From a virus (lineage: Duplodnaviria; Caudoviricetes), in IMG/VR virus record IMGVR_UViG_3300031992_000038, positions 51,874 to 115,873 of that record: a stretch of DNA of 64,000 bases, one strand, 5' to 3'. The notes beneath the pieces were generated by a model, which worked only from the letters and a program-made list of their open reading frames with translations, ran no database searches and had not been told where the DNA came from. Positions 59,231 to 64,000 of this stretch are shown piece after piece; position 1 is the first letter of the stretch, and the number at the start of each line of letters is the position of its first letter. The position numbers were made by a program, and so were the translations under genes.

Positions 59231-60589
59231 TTACGCGGACGCGGTCTCAACGGTCCATCCTGTCGGGATTCCGTTGACACCAGTAACATTCCAATTCGCA
59301 GCGCTGTTCTTGACGAAGGTTCCTGATGATGCGACACCATTAACCCAATTAAGTGTATAGTCGTCTGATGGTGTAGTTGTAAACATCGCCTTGATATAAT
59401 TCAATGATGCGCAACCACGGAATAATCCACTATAGCAATAGTCAGCCAACGTTGTCGCAGGAAGTTCTGGTGCTGCGGTCAATGACGTGCAGTTTCTGAA
59501 TATACTTTCGTAACAGCCATCAGTCAACGTTGTCGCCGGCAGTTCTGGCGCTGTGACCAATGAAGTACAATCTATAAACATACCTTGGTAGCAATATATA
59601 TCCAACGTTGTTGCAGGAAGAACAGGTGCTTCGGTCAATGACGTGCAACTTGTGAACATACCTTGGTAGCAATATTTAGTCAACGTTGTCGCAGGAAGTT
59701 CAGGCGCGGTCGTCAATGATGTGCAACCTTTGAACATGCCAGTGTAGCAGAACTGAGCCAACGTTGTCGCAGGAAGCGCAGGTGCTGTAGTCAATGATGT
59801 GCAATCTTGGAACATGCCGTCGTAGCAATACCGAGCCAACGTCGTCGCCGGAAGCACAGGCGCCGCTGCCAATGATGTGCAACCATTGAACATGTTGGAG
59901 TAGCAAATATCAGACAACGTTGTCGCAGGAAGAACTGGTGCCTCTGTCAATGCGGTGCAATCTTGGAACATGTTTCTGTAACAATTCATTGCCAACGTGG
60001 TCGCTGGAAGTTCAGGCGCGGTCGTCAATGAGGTGCAACCACTGAACATGCTGCCGTAGCAATACTCAGCCAACGTTGTTGCTGGAAGAACCAATTTATC
60101 CGCGGAAGTCAATCCAACTGAGTTTACGAACAGGTCATAAAATGCGTAATTCTTATTAGAAAAATCTGTTACACTATCAAACCCATCTCCATACAGCAAG
60201 GAGTAAGGATTTCCCATCGCCTCATAACGGCCAGTTGACCCGAAACTTCCAATTCCGCTATAATCCTCTGGTGTCAATGTTGCCTTGAACATAATTGTCC
60301 CACCGGCGCTCACTGTCGGGGTGCTCGTATTCTCCGCTAGTTCTGTCCACGTCTCGCCTCCGTCAATAGAGTAGTTTACTCCGGATTTAGTGAAAGAGAA
60401 TGTTCCGTCCTCAAGTGCTTTGAATGTCAAATATTTCTCAGCCCATCCCTTGTTGTATGTCACAAGTTCCGAGCCGTCGTCCACGCACGCCACCCATGGT
60501 TCGTGATATTCACCGCCATCCCCATAGGAGCGGGCGGTGTCGTGTTGTTGCTTGGTGCTAAACTCGTGAAGAAATTTTGTATATGCCAT
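59231..60589 (-). CDS. EPWV-tagged BspA-like leucine-rich-repeat protein
   Basis: About nine 26-aa repeats LPATTL...CY..MF..CTSLT.AP; N-term FLHEF..HD..YHEPWV..TYNK. Confidence 0.88.
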   Translation of the reverse strand: MAYTKFLHEFSTKQQHDTARSYGDGGEYHEPWVACVDDGSELVTYNKGWAEKYLTFKALEDGTFSFTKSGVNYSIDGGETWTELAENTSTPTVSAGGTIMFKATLTPEDYSGIGSFGSTGRYEAMGNPYSLLYGDGFDSVTDFSNKNYAFYDLFVNSVGLTSADKLVLPATTLAEYCYGSMFSGCTSLTTAPELPATTLAMNCYRNMFQDCTALTEAPVLPATTLSDICYSNMFNGCTSLAAAPVLPATTLARYCYDGMFQDCTSLTTAPALPATTLAQFCYTGMFKGCTSLTTAPELPATTLTKYCYQGMFTSCTSLTEAPVLPATTLDIYCYQGMFIDCTSLVTAPELPATTLTDGCYESIFRNCTSLTAAPELPATTLADYCYSGLFRGCASLNYIKAMFTTTPSDDYTLNWVNGVASSGTFVKNSAANWNVTGVNGIPTGWTVETASA

Positions 60590-60768
60590 TTGTTGTTCGT
60601 TTTTTGTTTTGTACCGATAAATAGTACAGGCAACCATTACATAGGATACACAAGGCACATCCTTTCATTATAACATACTTCCGTTTAGTTTTTTTAACAC
60701 GCTTCGCTTGTCTGTCCGTCCGCTTTTCATTACCTTTGCGGCAGTGCAATGTGAAATACATTTTGGGC

Positions 60769-61140
60769 ATGGAAAAGATTGAGGACATCAGCGGATGGGT
60801 GGCAAGGACCGCTCAAGAAATTTACGAGAAAGAAAAAGAGGGTAAAAACCCATGGTCTTTATATTACGGGGGTTATCTTGACGCGGTGCGCGTTGTTGGA
60901 GAGAAAGCCCTTTTGTCCGGCGCTCTGTTCGGATTTGACCTCGCGACAAAGGTTGCGTCGAAGTGGCTGCATGAGAGAATCCGTCCGGTTGACGAACCGG
61001 AACAGGAGTTTGACGAGGACGGGCAGCCGTTGGCAGAGAGTTTCCTCAATCGGGCAAAGGCCAGATGTGAGGAAGCGGACAAAGTTGTCGACGAGTTCAA
61101 GAGATGGATGGAACAATTCAAGAAAGAAAGCAAAAAATAG
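60769..61140 (+). CDS. Hypothetical protein
   Basis: Behind TACCTTTG promoter. Confidence 0.65.
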   Translation: MEKIEDISGWVARTAQEIYEKEKEGKNPWSLYYGGYLDAVRVVGEKALLSGALFGFDLATKVASKWLHERIRPVDEPEQEFDEDGQPLAESFLNRAKARCEEADKVVDEFKRWMEQFKKESKK

Positions 61141-61144
61141 AAAC

Positions 61145-61492
61145 ATGGACAGAGAAACAGTGATTAATGTCCTTCACGAGTGCCTCGAAAAGACAGGTGC
61201 GCAGAAGGAACTTGAGGAGATGGCGAGCAGCTTTTTGTATTTGATGACATCCGTCTACGACGCAATGGCAATGGCCGCAGACCGTCTGTGTGACGAGAAA
61301 ACGTGGAATAAGGTGGAAGACAAGAAACCGGAAGACAACACTGTCGTGGTGACATACTATCGGATGCCAGAATTCGGCGACGACACTTCACTGACTCAGG
61401 TCTGCGGCTATGACGATGTTGACGGTTTTGAGATGCACAACGGACACCGCGTGACACACTGGAGACCGTTGCCGGCGAACCCGGAAGATTAA
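61145..61492 (+). CDS. DUF551-like protein
   Basis: WNKVEDKKP...VTHWRPLP. Confidence 0.65.
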   Translation: MDRETVINVLHECLEKTGAQKELEEMASSFLYLMTSVYDAMAMAADRLCDEKTWNKVEDKKPEDNTVVVTYYRMPEFGDDTSLTQVCGYDDVDGFEMHNGHRVTHWRPLPANPED

Positions 61493-61512
61493 CAGAAACA
61501 AAACAAACAACT

Positions 61513-61764
61513 ATGGAGGAAGTAACCAAAGAGATTCTAGACACTCCAATTGAAAGGGAGGTCGAGGAAGCGATTGAGCAGTACGCCGACGGAACGAACG
61601 ACATCGAAGTGTTCGAGAAGGGATTCAGGGCCGGACTACAGTACATGGGCGAGCGTATGATGGTCTCAATGACCGAGGCGTTCAAAATACCGCCAGAAGC
61701 GTTTGAAGAGGAAAAGGAGGATGACGACCTGTGGGGCAGATGCCCTCTTGATTTGTCTAGTTAA
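61513..61764 (+). CDS. Acidic hypothetical protein
   Basis: Operon position. Confidence 0.6.
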   Translation: MEEVTKEILDTPIEREVEEAIEQYADGTNDIEVFEKGFRAGLQYMGERMMVSMTEAFKIPPEAFEEEKEDDDLWGRCPLDLSS

Positions 61765-61909
61765 CTACCCACAAACTAAAGATTTATGTGATTCCTTGGT
61801 TTGTTTTTTAAAAAAAAATGTTAATCCTCTTGCGTGTTTGAAAAATTTTACTTACCTTTGGCGCAGATGTTGAACATAAAATGTTTTAACCGCTATAAAG
61901 TATGATTTT

Positions 61910-62518
61910 ATGGACAAACGTTACAAGTTCGTAAGGTTCCTTGACAGATACTCCAACGAGCCGGGGAAGACCTGGTGGTTCGTGGCGCGTAGCGCGTCCG
62001 ATGTAATGGAGCATTCCGAGAAGATACTGAAGCCTTTGTTCCAGGTCGGTTTTGACTCCGCAGTAAAGGACCTATGCGATGCCGCGTTCAAGTATGGTGA
62101 CATCAATCTAAGGAACCATCCTACTGACCCGGTATCCTCTCTGATACAGACTATCAGTTCAATAACATACGAGGACAGTCCTCTTGCGTTCTATGAGACA
62201 GGCAACGGGCTTCTTCGCGACGCAATAAGCGGAAGGCTGAAGTCGGTGGCAAAGGGTAAGGAGATATACCTCGAGAACGGCGTGCGCGAGTTCGGCGGGA
62301 AGGCCGACGACATCATAGAGACGGTGTATTCCGACGACCTCGTGTATCCGGACGAGAAGAGACCCACGTTCGACGATGTCAGGTTCATACAGTGGACAGG
62401 CGGCGAGCATTGGTACGCGAAGGTCGGGAGCATTGACATCGTGGACGAGAACGGGAACCAGAAGTGGTCAACAAGGAAAGAGGCCGAAGATGCCGCAAGG
62501 CGTTGGCTTGAACAATAA
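61910..62518 (+). CDS. Hypothetical protein
   Basis: C-terminal QW.GG.HWYAK.G....G.QKW.T..EA; own promoter. Confidence 0.7.
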   Translation: MDKRYKFVRFLDRYSNEPGKTWWFVARSASDVMEHSEKILKPLFQVGFDSAVKDLCDAAFKYGDINLRNHPTDPVSSLIQTISSITYEDSPLAFYETGNGLLRDAISGRLKSVAKGKEIYLENGVREFGGKADDIIETVYSDDLVYPDEKRPTFDDVRFIQWTGGEHWYAKVGSIDIVDENGNQKWSTRKEAEDAARRWLEQ

Positions 62519-62535
62519 ACCAAAACGAAAAAATC

Positions 62536-63255
62536 ATGACAGTCATATGGTCAAACCACGGCGACAACGACACCGCATTGCTTGAGAACATATGGAAGGG
62601 CATTGACGGTGTCAATGTGGTCGAGCTGAACAAGGAAACCAAAGACATAGACTGGGCCATAATCAGCGCGATATTGGCGGAGAACGACACGCTGGTATTC
62701 GCCGGACACGGCTCGCGTAATGGTCTATTCAACCCGTCGTTCGACGGTTACGCCTTCAGCGCGGAGGATGTCGGTTTCGTGAAGGCGAAGAATGTGTTCT
62801 GCATATGGTGCAACGCCTACGACTTCTGTGTCGACAACGACCTGCAGTGCCTTGCCACGTCCATGTTCATAAGCAACGTCGATGAGGCGATGTCGAACTG
62901 CATTGAGTCGGACGCCGCGTCGATTGACAGTTGTGACCTTCGGTTCTACGCCGAGTGCAACTATTGTCTGAAGGAGGGCATGCCGATGAGGGACATGTAT
63001 TCCTACTTGGTCTCAAGGGTTGACGACGACAGCGAGGTTGACAGGTTCAACAGGGGCGGATTGGGACTTGTCGGCAAGTCTCTCGGGGATGTGGTTTCGA
63101 TTCTTTGCGACTTTGTCAAGAAGCAGAAGAGCATTCCGCCGGAATACGCGCAACTCGTGAACGACAACTTCTGGGATTTGGTTGGACATTCTTCTGAGAC
63201 GGACGTGTCTCAGTCTGATGTAAACAATGGAGGGGCATTCGATGGCGTTCGTTGA
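62536..63255 (+). CDS. Hypothetical protein with GHG...IWC.A (caspase/gingipain-like dyad pattern)
   Basis: VFAGHGS..GLF, CIWCNA, MFIS..DEA. Confidence 0.6.
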   Translation: MTVIWSNHGDNDTALLENIWKGIDGVNVVELNKETKDIDWAIISAILAENDTLVFAGHGSRNGLFNPSFDGYAFSAEDVGFVKAKNVFCIWCNAYDFCVDNDLQCLATSMFISNVDEAMSNCIESDAASIDSCDLRFYAECNYCLKEGMPMRDMYSYLVSRVDDDSEVDRFNRGGLGLVGKSLGDVVSILCDFVKKQKSIPPEYAQLVNDNFWDLVGHSSETDVSQSDVNNGGAFDGVR

Positions 63256-63447
63256 AGGGACAATAAGTGACGGCCAATCCGTCAGGGGCATTCCATATCT
63301 TCAGGTGAGGTGTCCATGGGACGGTGAAATCATCGACGCTGTAGATTGCTGGTATTGCAAGGCCCATTCCGCGGCCGGCGGATGCCACCTTATGCACAAG
63401 CCATTGTCGCAGTCAAGTTCACACAACAAAGAAAGCAAGAAAAAGAC

Positions 63448-63717
63448 ATGGATAACGAGAATTATCTCGGCTGTAGCAGGCCGATGACGGACAGGCTGAA
63501 GGCGAGGCTTGATGCCTCCAGAATGTGGGGAAACATGGTTGCCGACAGTGAAGACAAGCACCTTGCGACGCTGAATTTTGAGTGCGGCGCGATGTGGGGA
63601 GAAAAGAGCACAATCGCCGACGTATGCGAGTGGATTAAGTCAAACATCGGAAAGTACACCAGCGGAGATGTTAATGTGGACCGTTTGTGCAAGGATTTGA
63701 TGGTTCAGATGCAATAG
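63448..63717 (+). CDS. Hypothetical protein
   Basis: F..GA.W and VCEWIKSN motifs typical of Bacteroidota phage small ORFs. Confidence 0.6.
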   Translation: MDNENYLGCSRPMTDRLKARLDASRMWGNMVADSEDKHLATLNFECGAMWGEKSTIADVCEWIKSNIGKYTSGDVNVDRLCKDLMVQMQ

Positions 63718-63769
63718 ATGGAATATGGTAAGAAAAGTTTGATGAAGGATTACATAATGATAGATTGAT

Positions 63770-64000
63770 ATGGAAAAAATATTCGATTTCGTTAGAAATC
63801 TTTGGGTTAATATATTCCAGCAACCAGTATATTCAATTGATATTTTATGGTTGGTCCGTAAAAATGCCCATAATGAGGTTTGTCGCTACGACGGGTTATG
63901 TGAGGCAATCGTCGGAGCATGTTATGAACTCGGAATACCCATTGAAAATCATTATAAAATCAGAAAACACCTCCTAGACAGGGATACTGCACGTATGCTA
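63770..64000 (+). CDS. Hypothetical protein, 3'-truncated
   Basis: Frame from ATG 63770 is open to the window end. Confidence 0.5.
   Translation, partial: MEKIFDFVRNLWVNIFQQPVYSIDILWLVRKNAHNEVCRYDGLCEAIVGACYELGIPIENHYKIRKHLLDRDTARML

Noticed and set aside
59400-60090. 78-bp tandem DNA repeats
   Set aside because: Explained by the 26-aa LRR coding repeats
1-64000. Stop-codon reassignment as in Lak phages
   Set aside because: Long genes are intact in the standard code, and TAG terminates the portal and other genes at sensible positions

Overview
Segment of a large (jumbo-type) tailed phage genome in the standard genetic code (TAG is used as a stop). The host is probably Bacteroidota: TTTG...TAnnTTTG promoters, A-rich starts without Shine-Dalgarno. 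Three zones. (1) 1-21.9 kb: T4-like terminase large subunit and portal, a DUF5675 protein, two orphan DNA methyltransferases, small early ORFs and late-type genes preceded by TATTTAT. (2) About 22.4-52.3 kb: a ~30-kb array of about 50 small genes. It is punctuated by about 30 copies of a 150-250-bp module (terminator hairpin + 30-bp hairpin core bracketed by GGTAAG + ~110-bp inverted repeat of two back-to-back promoters + conserved leader). Cargo includes an AcrIII-1/DUF1874 ring-nuclease homologue, DUF932 and DUF2958 proteins, empty slots and a triplicated structured ncRNA. Seven co-oriented GTACTCAAATGRGTAC palindromes lie in or at the edge of the array, and it is bounded by G-rich/C-rich tracts where strand skew flips. 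(3) 52.8-64 kb: more late-type genes, then early ORFs. Outside the array, two shared N-terminal tags mark families of otherwise unrelated proteins: YLH..HD..Y..EPWV..YN on 8-9 adhesin-like proteins and LTE.DL..(I/M)V.ESV..L.E on 5 proteins. All family assignments are from motif recognition by eye, not database searches.
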